Shown here piece after piece: positions 14,303 to 27,119 of a stretch of 64,000 nucleotides of DNA. The stretch is from the NCBI GenBank assembly GCA_036172245.1, contig JAYWIR010000031.1, positions 1,054,001-1,118,000 of the forward strand. The letters are read 5' to 3'. Position numbers and translations under genes: made by a program. Origin of the DNA: Raillietiella orientalis. Lineage: Eukaryota. The notes under the pieces are model-generated. The model was not told the origin of the DNA. It did not search any database and was given only the letters and a program-made list of their open reading frames with translations. Within the stretch, counting starts at the first letter, position 1, and each line of letters opens with the position of its first letter.

Positions 14303-15848
14303 ATCACCCGGATATGCCGCGGCATTTATTATTCAAATTTTTACATAATGAAAATTTGATAATAAAGTCTGGTAAATAGGTTTAGGCAGAACACGTGGTT
14401 CTGCCTATCTTGACACACTTGCCTCTGCCAGTTCGCAGGCCGCAGAGATCCCGTCCGGATGCGATGGGGAATGAAAACCACAGACAAAAACAGAAAAATC
14501 AAATAAAAACCAAGGGGAGGGAAATGTTTTTGGGGAAGGGAGGGCTGGGAAGGGATCACTGATCGCTCCGGGTGGTTCTCTGCATCCTGTTCAGGATGCG
14601 GACAAGTTGCAGACGTAGTGGTCTTAGCCGGGACCATCGGGAAGCTTTCTCAATGTTGAGAGCCGCCCAGTGGATGGCGTTCCGGCTGTTATGTCCTCTC
14701 CTGGACGCAGTCCATTTTGCCAGGATCCCACGTATGCAGCAGAGAACTGCCACACACGCGGCTGCTGGCAGGGCGTCCTGCATCAGGAGGCGACGGAAAA
14801 TGTCCTTCGGGTCGCCCCCGGGAATGTTCAAGATCGCCGACAGTCGATCCCACATGGGTCGGAGGGCGACACACTCGATGATGAGGTGGGGGAAGGTCTC
14901 CTGGTCCCCGCACCCTGCACAATTGGCATCCACAATCCCTGATGTCCAATGGAAGAGACGTGCTTTGCAAAGGAGTTCCCAATGGAACACTAGCAGCGCC
15001 GTCTCCTGCCATTCCAGGGACAGGGTGCAACTATCCCAGCACTCTGGGGGCCACTTAACCTCCTCCGGAGGTATCCCGAGCAGCTCGCCCCAGCGCACAA
15101 GTCCTTTAGACGGGACGCTCGGGGTTGCAGCGTCCGCTAGCTCCCGAGTCGTCCACGCCTTCAGCGATTTTCTCCTGCCTCGGATGAGGCAGTACACTTC
15201 CCACAATGCTCTCTCGTTGCTGTTTCTAATGTTCTTGAGGCAGGAGAGAACGGGGGCAAGGGGGGTCAAGGAAGCCCACAGAAACTTCTGCGGGTTGTTT
15301 ATGATCTCCTGCAGGGGCTGTCGAGCGTTGAGTCCTCGACGGAGACAGTTGCACTCCGCCTCGCTCGTGCCGTTGATCTTGGCCCACGCGTAAACTGACT
15401 CCTGAAACCAGGCAGTGCAGTTCGCGGGGAGGCAGGAGATCCAGGTATTCTCCCTCATCAGGGCGACCATCTGGCGCAAGTCACGGCCACAGCTGATGAG
15501 GCTGCGCTGGTATGCCACGAGAATCGAGGACAGTCCTTCGCAGCCGGTCGCTCTCCTGGCGAGGATCCGTGCGGGTTCGCACCAAGGCGTCATCCAAGAC
15601 GCCGCCGCAAGGGCGAGTCTTCTGAATTGGAGGCCCAAGCCACCGTCCCTGCGTGGAGCGCACATGTCTTTTAATCGGGCACGGGACCTTTCTGTGCCCC
15701 AAAGGGCTTTCCTTAGGAGGACCTCGGTCCTTTTTTTCATGATCGGTGGAGGGGAGCAAACAAAAAGTAGGGGGCGAAGGAGGGGGGCCGCGAAAGCGTT
15801 CCACGCCGCGGCCCGTTCCGGCAAGTAAAACTTGGCATTCTGGAACGG
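14303..15848 (-). mobile_element. 5'-truncated L1/Tx1-type non-LTR retrotransposon, copy A (young)
   Basis: Encodes post-RT ORF2 motifs (LLRKALWG, CAPRRDGGLGL, zf-RVT-like CAGCGDQETFPHLIIEC..LRPMW), then a pyrimidine-rich 3' UTR with a stem-loop. Flanked by a 14-bp TSD: gcgccacagtcttt (14289-14302) and gcaccacagtcttt (15849-15862). GC is higher than in the flanks. Confidence 0.92.
14556..15848 (-). pseudogene. Uninterrupted C-terminal ~430 codons of LINE ORF2 (post-RT region plus zf-RVT); endonuclease and RT core absent
   Basis: ORF track 14556..15956; the part above 15848 is TSD and flank read in frame. The TGA stop is at the same position in copies B and C. Confidence 0.85.
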
Positions 15849-18800
15849 GCACCACAGTCTTTCGATAGAAGGGGAAGCCAAATATGCCGTGACGTGCAGG
15901 AAACATTGCTGGAGTTTTTGCTGTAATAGCAAAATGGACATACGAAACGAATCCAAAAGAGCACATCTCCTTTATTTCGCTTAGCTTGTGTGCTTTGAAA
16001 TGAGCTCGGAATATCTGAGCAGTGATTTGTGAGAAGTTCTGTGAAGAATGCCACCTGGATCCGATTTGGCTGCTTTATTTATTTTTATTTTTCTCGTATT
16101 ACGAAAATCCTCGCTCCTGAAGACTCATCTCATTGGCTTTGATCACTGCAGCTTCATCCTAAGAAGAAAAAAACACTTGAGTGGGTTGGTTCTTCTGGCA
16201 CAGGCAGTTTCACTTCAGCACAGGAAGAAGAACCAGAGGAAATGCAATCTTGTGGAAGTATGGGATAAGTTGTTCGAAATTTCTGAATGGAAAATCGCAC
16301 TTTGCGATTGCTTTCAGTTCTGTTGAGAGCAAGGACGGTTTTTGGCGTGCAATTCTGTAAGTTCAGTCTGTAAGTCTAAGCGTACGTCCGCGAGCACAGA
16401 CGCGTCGAAGAAGCAAAACCCATCTCACGTCTGTCCGGATGATGAAAATTTGCATACGCCCAGCAGTGTGTTCCCAGGAAACAAACGCTCACGGTTCAAA
16501 ACAGTGCTTCTAAACACAACATGGTTTGGAAGGTTTTTAAAGACTGACTTGCTTTGCAAAGCTCAGCCTTGCTGAAAGAGGTTTATCTCGTTCTAAAGTC
16601 AGCTCCACAATCTCACTTTCAGCAAAGCAAATAAGGATCGTGGCCAATCCCCCACCTGCTACGTGAGGCAAATCCGAATTCCTTAATCATAAAAGGAAAA
16701 AGGCCTAGTGAAAATAGACACAGCCGTAAGGACACGTAAAGAGTACATTCAGATGGGCGAGCTCTACATCACTTTTCTAACGGCAAAAGGTTTTGACCGA
16801 AGCGATGGGAAAAGATATGGACATGAGGTCCGTATATCCATTGCAGTGAATACGGAATTTTTTCTTCTTCTTTTTTGAGGAGGAACCAGGCAAATAACAA
16901 CAAGCAGGAAACCAAGTTGAACCACCATCTGCTACCACTTCCGGTCGCGCAACGTAGCATCAATGAATCAAGAAGTGCCATCTGCTTTAAATTTCCTCCG
17001 TAGCTGCCGCTTGGATCCGAAGAAAATCGCTTCTTTTGTTCCATCAGAATGAAGATCGTCCGCTGTACGTCTGAAATTCTTCACAGAAGACAGTCAGTGA
17101 GTTTTTGTGTTTGTTTACTTCATGATCCGCGCAAGATAAATGCGTGAAATTCATACTTCGTGTTAATCAGAACTGTCCACTCTTTGACGCAGTCACTATC
17201 GAGGCTCGCACACACTTTCCCTTTGGACCATTTTCACAGATGCACTTTCTCTACGGCTCGATTGGTCGTGAGTTCCTTCCAGATAGAAAAATTCCCATCT
17301 TCATGAAACAAATGTCATCATATGCTTTTCACATCCCTCGGCCAAATGGATGTGAGGACCTCTATTCTTCATGAATTCGAAGTGAATACAATCGAAAGTT
17401 TCAGACCCGGAGTCTATTGGTCTATTTGGACAAAGCGGCTGGCGGCTCAAGAGTGCACAGTCAAGAGAAAGCGATAGTCTTCATTGGTGCATAAGAGGAC
17501 TTTCAGGCATATTCAAAATACCCTCTTTGGGAGCAGATATTTTTAGAAATCCCCGACTGCGCGAAAAGTCACCATCTGTGGAAAAAGATCTTCGTCGGTA
17601 AACTTCATCTTAATTAAAAGAAGTTTTTTGTACCTTTTTTTTAGGAATCGTTGTGTGGCTGCTGCGAAGAATGCCCAAGCAAAGACGAAACAGTTATCCC
17701 TTTCTGGTCAGTAATGACACGTCCCTTATTCGTGACTGTTTCCTCGTTCCAAATAAACGGAAAGTCGGGAATAATTCCAGTCCTTGGATTAGCTGCATGA
17801 AAACGAAACTCTTTCTTTGTATCGGCGGACACGTACTGATGATGACCACGTTTCCTTTCATATTCTTCCGAGTAAATGAATCTTTGCCTGAATGCAATGT
17901 ATCCAAAGTTTGGCTCCTTCGGAAATTGCTAATGATAAACAACATCTCGATGACGTGCACGTCAATTCACTTGATTTGTTTGAGGTCATTTGTGATTCTT
18001 TTTCGAGTTATCAGTCTTTGATCGACTCCAGTTTGCTACTCGGTTCTCTTTTGATCCTAACCCAATTTTCGCAACCAGAAACTACTTCCGGTTCGGGGAA
18101 ACTATACAAAACTCTATCTCGAAATGGAATACAGTTGAAAGTGACATCAACGAGTTTCTCTACTCTACTACTGTCTGGCTCCAGTCTGCTCCTCGCTGGG
18201 TTCCTCACAGACTTTGCTTCACTCGCACAGTTCAGTTCGATGCAGGCGAGTAGTGCTTCCGATGGCATAAATAATTCTCTTCGAGTCAAAAAAAAAAAAG
18301 TCCGTCTTGCTTTCTGGAGGACGAACTTAAGGTACACTTCTTTGTATATATGTATGTTGATTATACCGAATACATCTTAATCCTTCCTTTGCATATCTTG
18401 GGTTCAGCACACCTTACTTCTTTCTATGCTGAAGAAATCCTCGTCATCCCAAATGGAAAGCTCTTTGCCGGCGAGTCTCCAGAATTTGCAGCTCCAGCAC
18501 AGCAATGAGCGTTCTTTGAAGATGCAACTCGAGAACTCCTGCTTCTCTTAAATGCCTTCTTGTTCATTGACTATGGTTCTTGTGCTTTCACTCTGATTTC
18601 TATGCTTTCTGCCCTCTCTTCGTTCAATGCGCAGAGCTGCTTAGCTGCTGAATCTTGAGGACAAAGTAGTAACTATCATTACTGTTACCACTGTGATCAT
18701 GAAAAGTGATAAAGTTTGAAACAATAGCGATGAATCCGATTTTGTAATTTGACCAATTTGAAGTTTAGTTTCCGGCCCGAAAAGATAACTTCGTTCTTTT

Positions 18801-21003
18801 ATTTTTGTTTTATCTGAAGTGCAAAGGTGCATCAGAATGTCAGAAGATTCACAGTTTGCTCAACGTTGAAAAGATCTGACCATATAATTGATGTCTTTCT
18901 GAAAGTTACGATAATAACTTTGCTGGAATGAGCTATCAATCTTTCTCTATTTCTTGGCGAACGCTTCGTGAACTCTTTCTTATCAGGTTTTTCATCTATT
19001 GCTTACGATTCTTCGCATTCTATCCTTTATGACAAACAAAAGCACGCAAAAAAAAAATATTATCAAGCCTATTTTTTTTGCGATTAAAGAAATCCCAGCA
19101 TTTTGGTTCCGCAGTAATCTCCAGGATTGGCATCGGATAACCATGGGTGCCATTCTAAGTGCGTACGTATACACATAGCAATGTACACAAGTAAAGCTGC
19201 TGCGTCGGCTGGTGTGGAAAGCCCTGCCGGTGAGTTACAAGCGACGGACATCTATCGAATTGACTCTGTACCAATGAAGTTGCCGCAACCTTCACTGGGA
19301 TCCACAGCTTCCGAAAGCTTCTTCACGCACGCTGTGCGTTTCTTTTGGATGGACCGAATCTGTGCAGCTCACGGACGAGCAGCAAGCTGTTCTGATGATT
19401 GCGAATCCTGAAATTCCTGAATTGCTCTCTGGAGTTTAAGAGATTTTTCTAGGATGCAGCATATGACGCATCGTAGGTACGTCGTCAATCGTCTTCCATA
19501 AGCAATTGGTGTAAAGCATTCGTATCGTTTCAAACTTCTTGCTTGAAGCTTTTCGTCACCTCTGAATGAGATCACTCTCTCACATCCAGGTTTTCTGTTC
19601 AATTAAAGCTCGCTTGAAACGCAAACAGCAGTTTGCTATTTTCCACGAATGATGTGCCTAATTGTTTTCCATCTTTCCCATAATCCTTTCGGAAAAATGA
19701 ATAATGCAACCTCCTGACGGCGAAATCCCATCAAATTCAAAGACAGTAATTTAAAGACCTGGATGCTCAGACCTTTTGTACTTGTAGCAGATGTGAAAGG
19801 GAAAAGCAGATTTTGAAAATTCTGACTGCAGTTGGGTTTTATCAATTTTTGAGGATTTCCCACAGAAGAGCGCCAAGATCTACTAGTTGTTACTTCATAT
19901 GAGAGCTATGACTATTATGAGGATTGTTAAATAGCTTGGCTTCATAGAGAAGACTCTTCCATAGTTAGAATAATGTGCAACTTGGTCACTTTCCAGCTCC
20001 ATTTGCAGACTGACTTCACTTATGAACTCCTTTCTTTGGAATGATTGGAATTCCCCATGCATTTGATGGAGAAAGCACATTGGCATTAATTCTGCCTGTA
20101 AATTTCACTATAAAGTGGACAATGGAGCGAGATAGGCTGCTTTGCGATAGTGATTTGCGTGTTTATCGTGGGGCAAAGTTTGCTGTCCTACCTTGTGCTA
20201 TTGGCAGAAATTAATTAACGAAGTTCGTTCTTTCTTTTGACGTCATTAAAGGGTTTCTTTCAAAATAGGTAGACTGTGCAGTAAGCTCGTGATTTGCACT
20301 CTTGTTTCATTCACCAGATACAATGATCCACTTTTCAACGTTTGATGACCACTCACAAAAATTTCTTGGTTTGCTGCTTCCAGTGGCATGGAATTCATTC
20401 TGAAGAATTGTACAGTCCCTCTGGCATCTTTCGGTAACTTGATCTTTAATACAGTAGCAAAGAAGTAGAGGCTTCTGGGAAATAGACCATATCCAATTCC
20501 TCATCCGAAGAGCATTGGTTTCGCACTCGAGGATTGCTTTACTCAATCTTGAGGTCCTACCAGCTTTCTGTTCACACGACTCACTTCAATGGAACAGCAG
20601 TCCATATCATTAGCTAACTTATACCTCACTGAAGATCAAGTTTGCAGCCGTAATGTCTTTCTGTTCCTGCCTCCCCGAGCTGTGCCAAAGGCACACACAA
20701 TCCTGCTGCTTCCTGTAAAGTGGCTGCCTACTTCAACCAACACAACGAAGGAGTGAATAAGCAAATCGCCGATTCCAGAAAATTCAAGGGATCAACCATG
20801 AACGCTAAGAAGACGATTCCGGCCAAGTCTCCTAGTTCGGACTTTTTAAGGGTTCTAAGCTATTTGATGGGATTTCTCATCCTTCCTCAATGTCCTTATT
20901 TTGAGAGGAATCCTGGCGACAATCTACGACTGAGGTCGTTGATCGCAAGTCACCTCATTTTAAGGTGAGAAACACGAAAAGTCTGAGACAAACTCCTCCC
21001 TCA

Positions 21004-21351
21004 TCAGCCAGTTATGGGGTACCCTAGAAAAATAGGAGGTGACTTTCCTTCTTGGGTATGAGGAGGCACTGGAAATCTCCTTAGGAGAACGTTTCGAAGG
21101 AACTCGTTAAGGTCCCACCGAACAGTTCTTTGGTCATTTTTCCGATCGATTCGAACGTCACTTTGCTCCATTTTGATGGATGAAATAATAGCTGGATTTT
21201 CATCTTTTTTAAATATATTGAACTTATCACTCATAGTTCGTTTATCAAACCTAGCGTTATTTTTAATGGGATTTACTTGATACCATTTTTCAGCTTCAGC
21301 TTCCTCTTGACTTCGTACAAAATCAGCATCTTTCACAGAATTTTGGAACAT
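21004..21351 (-). CDS. Candidate small ORF or gene relic (115 aa), product unknown
   Basis: ATG-initiated, D/E/K-rich protein-like composition in AT-rich DNA; no recognisable domain. Confidence 0.3.
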   Translation of the reverse strand: MFQNSVKDADFVRSQEEAEAEKWYQVNPIKNNARFDKRTMSDKFNIFKKDENPAIISSIKMEQSDVRIDRKNDQRTVRWDLNEFLRNVLLRRFPVPPHTQEGKSPPIFLGYPITG

Positions 21352-23480
21352 GCTTTAGTGACCCCAGTCAGGCTGCCCGTCACGTGGTCGCTGAATTCTT
21401 TCCTTTTCAGAATAAAATGACAGAAAGAGTACATCCAATTTGTATGCGTGTTATTTTCAGCAGGTGATCTTCTGCATGAGAAGCCGTGCATCTTCTAACT
21501 TTACGTTTCATGCATTTAAATGGAAGGATTCCAGTCATTAATCATGAAATTCGAGAGGATTCGAGTTCGGCGAAGAAAAAAGGGACCCTGAAAGCCTTAC
21601 TGCTTGAAAGAAATCGTAGGGGTTAGCGCGTAGCAAAGACTTCAAGAGCTTCTTTTGACATCAAAGTACACACAACTCATTTGGCATCTAATTAAGCACT
21701 CCTAAACGCATTTGCAAACACATTTCAAACCGATTGGATGCTCTGTAAAGTGCATTTTTCCGAATTTCTGCCTTCTTCTTCCGCAGTCTTGAAACTCTGA
21801 CGTTGCAAATCGCACTCTGTATCATTTTTTTCAGTCAGCATTTGCCAAACTTTAGATGGTCACCACAACTGATCGCGTGCGCCCGATGTGAACATGTGGC
21901 TATCCGAGCTCGATAGATACATAAATTTCGTTGATAGTACTCGTTTACGTACACTCTATTTTCTGGAAGATAGAATGAAATCCAGCAAACTGTTTTTTCT
22001 GAATCATATGCAAATTCTCCCTGAATTGCGACTACAGTGGCCGCTTCTCATATATGCAGTAAGCTGAACTCCAAACTTTTGCATCCTCCATGATGCTTTC
22101 ATTAAAATGACAAACCGGAAGTGTTTTGAAGAGTTCGAACTCTCTGAGGGATGTTCAGTATGAACTTAAAACTAAATAGGCCAGTGTAAAATGTGATGCA
22201 AGGGTTAATTCATCACTGCAAAGTAAGGCGATAATGTGGAGACACATGATTTAAGTTCGGATAATGAACAGTGAAACGAAGAAGTTATCATTTAAAGTAA
22301 AGAAAGAAAAAATGGGGTGTTCCGCTTCGGATGTCGTGAAATAGTTTGAAAAGTAACTGAGGAAGGCCTTTGGAAAAAAACTGTCATTTACAGGCTGATA
22401 GCTATTACTCGTTCCGAGTTTTTCTGAAATTTTTCATGAAAGGATGAATTTCGATCTTGGATTCCCTCATCTTCTTCATTCCTTTTCTTTCTTGTAAGAG
22501 TTTTTCTGGAATTTCCAGTAGTCAGCATGGAAGGGAATCTGGATAACGTTCGGTGATTTACTTAGGAGGACATGAAAGCACCGCCTTATTTTATGAGGTC
22601 ATAAGCGTTGTTCTGACAATTATCCTTGGACACCATCATTTCAAATCATAACTGCCTCATCATTCTGCATTCCTGATTAGACACCAGCGCGATTTCAGAA
22701 ATTCAGCTTATAGCTGCCTCAAGTAGCGTCACCTGTAGCAAAAAGAAACATCCATGGAAACGCAGAGATGCCATTGAGCCAACGAGTCAGCATCTGCATA
22801 AATCAAAACCTCTTATGTGTGGTTCTCCGTGTTTTGAAACTATGGTGCAGACCGTTGCTATGCGTGCGGCGAATCATTCTATAATCTCTCTCGAATCGAA
22901 TCCAAGAAATGACGAATCGTCCGAATATGCAAATGTCATCTACGATATCAAAATGAGAATACACTGCTGGTTGCATATAAAAAAGAGATACTTTCAGAGC
23001 TGTTTACTGAGGTGTGAGAAAATTCTGCACAGGAAGGTCATCACCAAAATGTCTTAGAATGGTTCACTTTGAAAAAACAAAAAAACAAAAATGAACTCCG
23101 AAATGGATAGCCTCTGCATTGAAGCTTTTGACCAGAGCACACGATCAAAACTCCAGAATTCGCCCTGTGCACTAGGATGAGTGATTTTTTTTTTTTTCTG
23201 TCTGAGCGAAAGCAATTCTCAAGTTTCTTTTTTCGTCTGTGCATTAAAGTAGAAGAACTGTTTCTATTCAATCCAGCACTGTGGTCTCACATTTCCACAT
23301 TCCACAATGGCTGCTAGTGTCATAAGGCGGGCCCCGCCAATCGCGGAATCTACGTCATTAGAATATCTGGCTTCAGGATATCAGTAGGGATGCAAGCAAG
23401 AGGAGAACTAGCGTGGGCACAAATCAGCTGAAACGGTCATAAGGATGGAAAATCTCACCTCAGTAGTAGTACTGGAAGTG

Positions 23481-23543
23481 GATTTTCTCATCAGCATACG
23501 ATCCAGTTAGATTGCATTCTGATCTTGCACTGATGAGAAAATC
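23481..23543. repeat. 63-bp hairpin with perfect 14-bp outer arms
   Basis: gattttctcatcag (23481-23494) / ctgatgagaaaatc (23530-23543), with imperfect inner pairing. Confidence 0.85.
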
Positions 23544-24200
23544 GAACAAAAGTACAAATCCTTCGTGCCGTGGACAGTACACCTCCTACATGATTGCAAA
23601 TGATTGATGAAAATTATCATCCGGGAACTTCCAGGTGATGCGGCGAATCCGTCCGAGCTTTCAGTTCAACTGTGGCGCGATCCTGCTCAGTTTCCGAGGA
23701 CCCGCACACAACGAACACGCAAATTCGTTGAGAGTGGGCAGCCATATCTCCAGACGTTGTCTCAAAAGGATGGAGAATTTTTTTTTTGTCTCTGGATCGT
23801 CCAGTCGGAGTAGCTGAACACACCACATCACAGACTCAGATTGCGCAGGGCGATCACTAAAAAATCGAAGTCAGAAGGCATGGTGCAGATAATGATCCGT
23901 ATCCGTATCCGAAAGAAGAAAGTATAGGGAGAGGGCAGCTGCAGTGTCGAAACAGTGAAGCATCAAAAGAAGTGAAGCGTTAATCGGGGTGGGATCCCAG
24001 ACGGTTGCGACAGACGGGGACGCTGTTTAGTAGACTGGAAAGTAGGGTCACACGTAACTGTGGGAATGGCCAGTACTAAAAACACCGTCCAACTGTTGAC
24101 CATAGGTCTTCTTTGCATCCAAATTTCCAAAAAAGACACAATGAACACAAGTCATGAAGCAGCGAATGTCACTCAGAGTTGAATGGGCTCGCCTGGCGAT

Positions 24201-25018
24201 TCTCACTCGTTATGCAGGGGCACTTATTACGGAAAGTAATAAAAGTACATTTTTGTGGTAGAACCATTGGTTCTACCACGTGCTTGGGACCTGCTGAGGA
24301 CCGGTACGCAGACCGGCGAGGTCCTCTTCGGCAGGGTGGGGGAAGGGAAAACAAAACCAAAAAAAAAAAGGAAACAAACAAAACAGGGGAGAGGAATTTA
24401 AACACGGAGAGGGGAGGGAAGGGCCAAGGAAGGGATCACGGTACGTTGCCAGGCGTCTTCTGAATCCTGCCCAGAATGCCGACAAGTTCCGTTCGGAAGA
24501 TGTCCAGGTGCGACCATCTTGAGGTGGTCCTCAGGAAGATCCGCGTCCAGTGGATGGCGTCCCTGCCATTCTGGTCTCTTCCCTCGTTTCAGGCTGCCAT
24601 GATTCCGTGGATGCAGTAGAGAACTGCTAGGGACGCGACTGATGGCAGATCGGCACCGCGCACGAAGAGGAGTTTGAAAATGTCCCTAGGGATGCCCATC
24701 GGGATTCCTAGGATCGTAGCGGGAGATCCCAAATCGGTCGGAAGGCAGCACAGTCCAACAGCAGGTGCGGGAGGGTCTCCTTCTTCGTGGACTTCCCGCA
24801 CTGAACTTCCACGCTCCCCCATGTCCAGTGGTGAAGGTGCGCTTTGCGCAGCTCCCCATTCAACACCAGCAGCGCCGACTCCTGCCAGTTGAGGGGGAAG
24901 GCGCCACTGTTCCAGCACGCTGGGGACCACTTCACCTCCTCCGGAGGGATGTCGATCAGCTCCCCAGAGTGGCAGTCCGTGGGGTGGGACATTCGGGGAC
25001 GCAGCGTCCGTCACTTCC
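24201..25018 (-). mobile_element. Degenerate 5'-truncated LINE ORF2 3' fragment, copy B
   Basis: Translates with frameshifts to EVTDAASPNVP..GELIDIPPEEVKWSPACW..ETLPHLLLDCAAFRPIWD, homologous to copy A; same 3' UTR hairpin (24255-24279). TSD gggctcgcctggcgat (24185-24200) / gggctcgcctgatgat (25019-25034), 14/16 identical. Confidence 0.88.
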
Positions 25019-25034
25019 GGGCTCGCCTGATGAT

Positions 25035-25841
25035 AGAAATCCTTTCGGGTTCTTTTGCTTTCGCTGCTTTCCTTCAAGTTTTTTTCTTTTTGTTGGGTTT
25101 TCTTTGTTGTTGTTGTTGCTGCTGTTGTTTCGCTAAGTGCTGAAGAACCGTTCGCCTTCTTGAAATGGGCTCACAAATCTTTTTAACATTGTCCACACCA
25201 CCTAAGGGTGCGTGTGGTAACTCTTTAAGCTAGGGGACAACTCCAAGGAACCACCCTATGAATCCAGGAAGCCTCCGGACGAAGGAGTCCGCACTTCTTA
25301 CGCTTGGTAGGGAACAACAAAGGGAACCACTTCCTTATTCTGTTCGGAGGTATCCACAAAGGGGTCCTGTTTCATTATTTTTTCTCCAGAGACAACCTGG
25401 AAAGGATCCGCTCCTGGAATTTCTTCTCTAGAGGGAGCCCGCAAGAGCACTGTTCCTTGTTTCCTCCTCTGAAGAGACTCTTAGTTTCTCTGAAGGACTC
25501 TTCCCGAAGGGAGCAGAGCGCTTCCAAACACCCTGCGGAAGCAACTCTGCAGGGAGGGTGTAAACAGCCTCATGGTAAGGGTGTCTCCCGAGAGGAGAGT
25601 GGCTCCATTCTCGCAATTGGGGTGGAATCCCGAAGGGAACCGACTCCCTGATTCCTAGAAGGACGCCAGCAGATCGACTTCCAATCCCGCCCAGTCAGCG
25701 GGGGCATCCGGTCTTCCACCAGTGCCGCACCCGAAGCCTGTAAGGAAACCGGGGTCATCCTCTGGGTGGTGACCCGAAATCCACGGCGCATCCATTTCTC
25801 GAGGGGGCGACTCTCCACGTGGGGATTTGAACCTGCAACGC
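25035..25841 (-). mobile_element. Repeat X1: decayed ORF1-like segment
   Basis: Clear DNA and peptide similarity to ~32240-32950 (VAGSNPHVESR/VAGSNLHVEGR; QASGAALVEDRMPPLTGRDWK/QASGAATLVENQMPPLTGRAWK) and, inverted, to ~27240-27745. ORF1 identity is inferred. Confidence 0.7.
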
Positions 25842-26429
25842 GGGCATCGCTGCTGCAGCTCAAACTGGATTCCTTCGATTTTGCAGTTTCATGTGCTCTC
25901 AAGGGTGATCTTCAGGAGCGACATTTCGAAAATGAATTACAGTCCACAGTGGTTCGGTCCTGTCGCTTTTCACTTTCAACGGCGCTTGGCATCGTAGCGC
26001 GACAGATAGCGATGACTGAAGATGTTGCAATGGCGGGACAGCGAATTGAGACCGTCGGAAAATCTGCTCCGCTCCAGAGCCTCTCTGACGGCATTGAGGA
26101 TTTCCTGATCGCCAAAATAAATGTATTTGGAAGATTCGGTCTTCGCTTACGAGATGACCTTAATGCAGCACGTGATCTTACGGCGGATGCACGAAAGAGA
26201 AAGCAGAAACGATGCATCCCTGTGTTTTTTCCCTTGAGTACGAACAGCTCACATCACAATTTCTCTCGCATGAACAACACGAGATGAGAAAGAGGAGGGG
26301 TTTCCAGCAAAGTATCACGATTGGAAGTGGCTGCTGTCCCAGTGGCAGGATTTCATACTTTTTTTTTCCCGTGACAATCACTGGAGCAACCCTTCGGTGA
26401 TGGAAAGAATAATATTTTTTTTTTTTTCG

Positions 26430-26630
26430 CGCGCGCGGCGCTGTTGCTGCTGCCCCGGGGTATCCCGTGCAACACCCGCCGGCATCATTGGACGCAGGGG
26501 GGTAGGGGTAGACCCGAACTGTCAAGTGCGGGAGCGTGGATCCCTCCCCCACCTGCTATTGGATTGTCCTGCCCTCCGGCCTTTGTGGGAACGCTTTGCC
26601 GCGGCTCTGGGAACACCCAGCGGCAGCTCC
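26430..26630 (+). mobile_element. Internal LINE ORF2 zf-RVT fragment, copy D (no 3' UTR); ends approximate
   Basis: GIPCNTRRHHWTQG / VDPNCQV..GSLPHLLLDCPALRPLWERFAAALGTP matches the zinc-finger region of copies A-C. Confidence 0.8.
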
Positions 26631-27119
26631 AGTTCCCCTGCTCACAAACACATGAAGCAGACGCCTTTTATACATTTCACTACTGAAATTCTAAAGAAAA
26701 CGATGAAGAAGGAATGAGTCACAGCGGAGGACAAATCTCAAAGAGAGTTCGGAATTCGATGGATTCTTAAGTTGACGAAGAGATACAAGATGGCTTCGAT
26801 TCCTTTCGACTTTATTAATGCTGCGACAGCGGCCGCAGTAACAGCAGTCCTGAAGAAGCGAAGACTGAAGAAGCCGCGGATGCAGTTGTTTTATAGAAGA
26901 TGATGAGGAAAAATTCACGGAAAATTAGCGATTTTAGAAAATCGTATGAAGTTCATATCTGAAAGTCGATTATTCTATTAATGGTTCAGTTACTAGTTCA
27001 AAGCGACTGTAAGCAACCAGCTGAAAGATCCACAAAAATGCCCCTCGAGGAAAACCAAAAAATGCTCGCTCTCTTCGGTTGTTGTTGTGAAATGCTGCTG
27101 ATGCACTGCAGCTTTCCAT

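Noticed and set aside
23715..23728. 14-nt match acacgcaaattcgt to the U6 snRNA 3' region
   Set aside because: No ACAGAGA box and only weak flanking similarity; compatible with chance. An Infernal U6 search would settle it.
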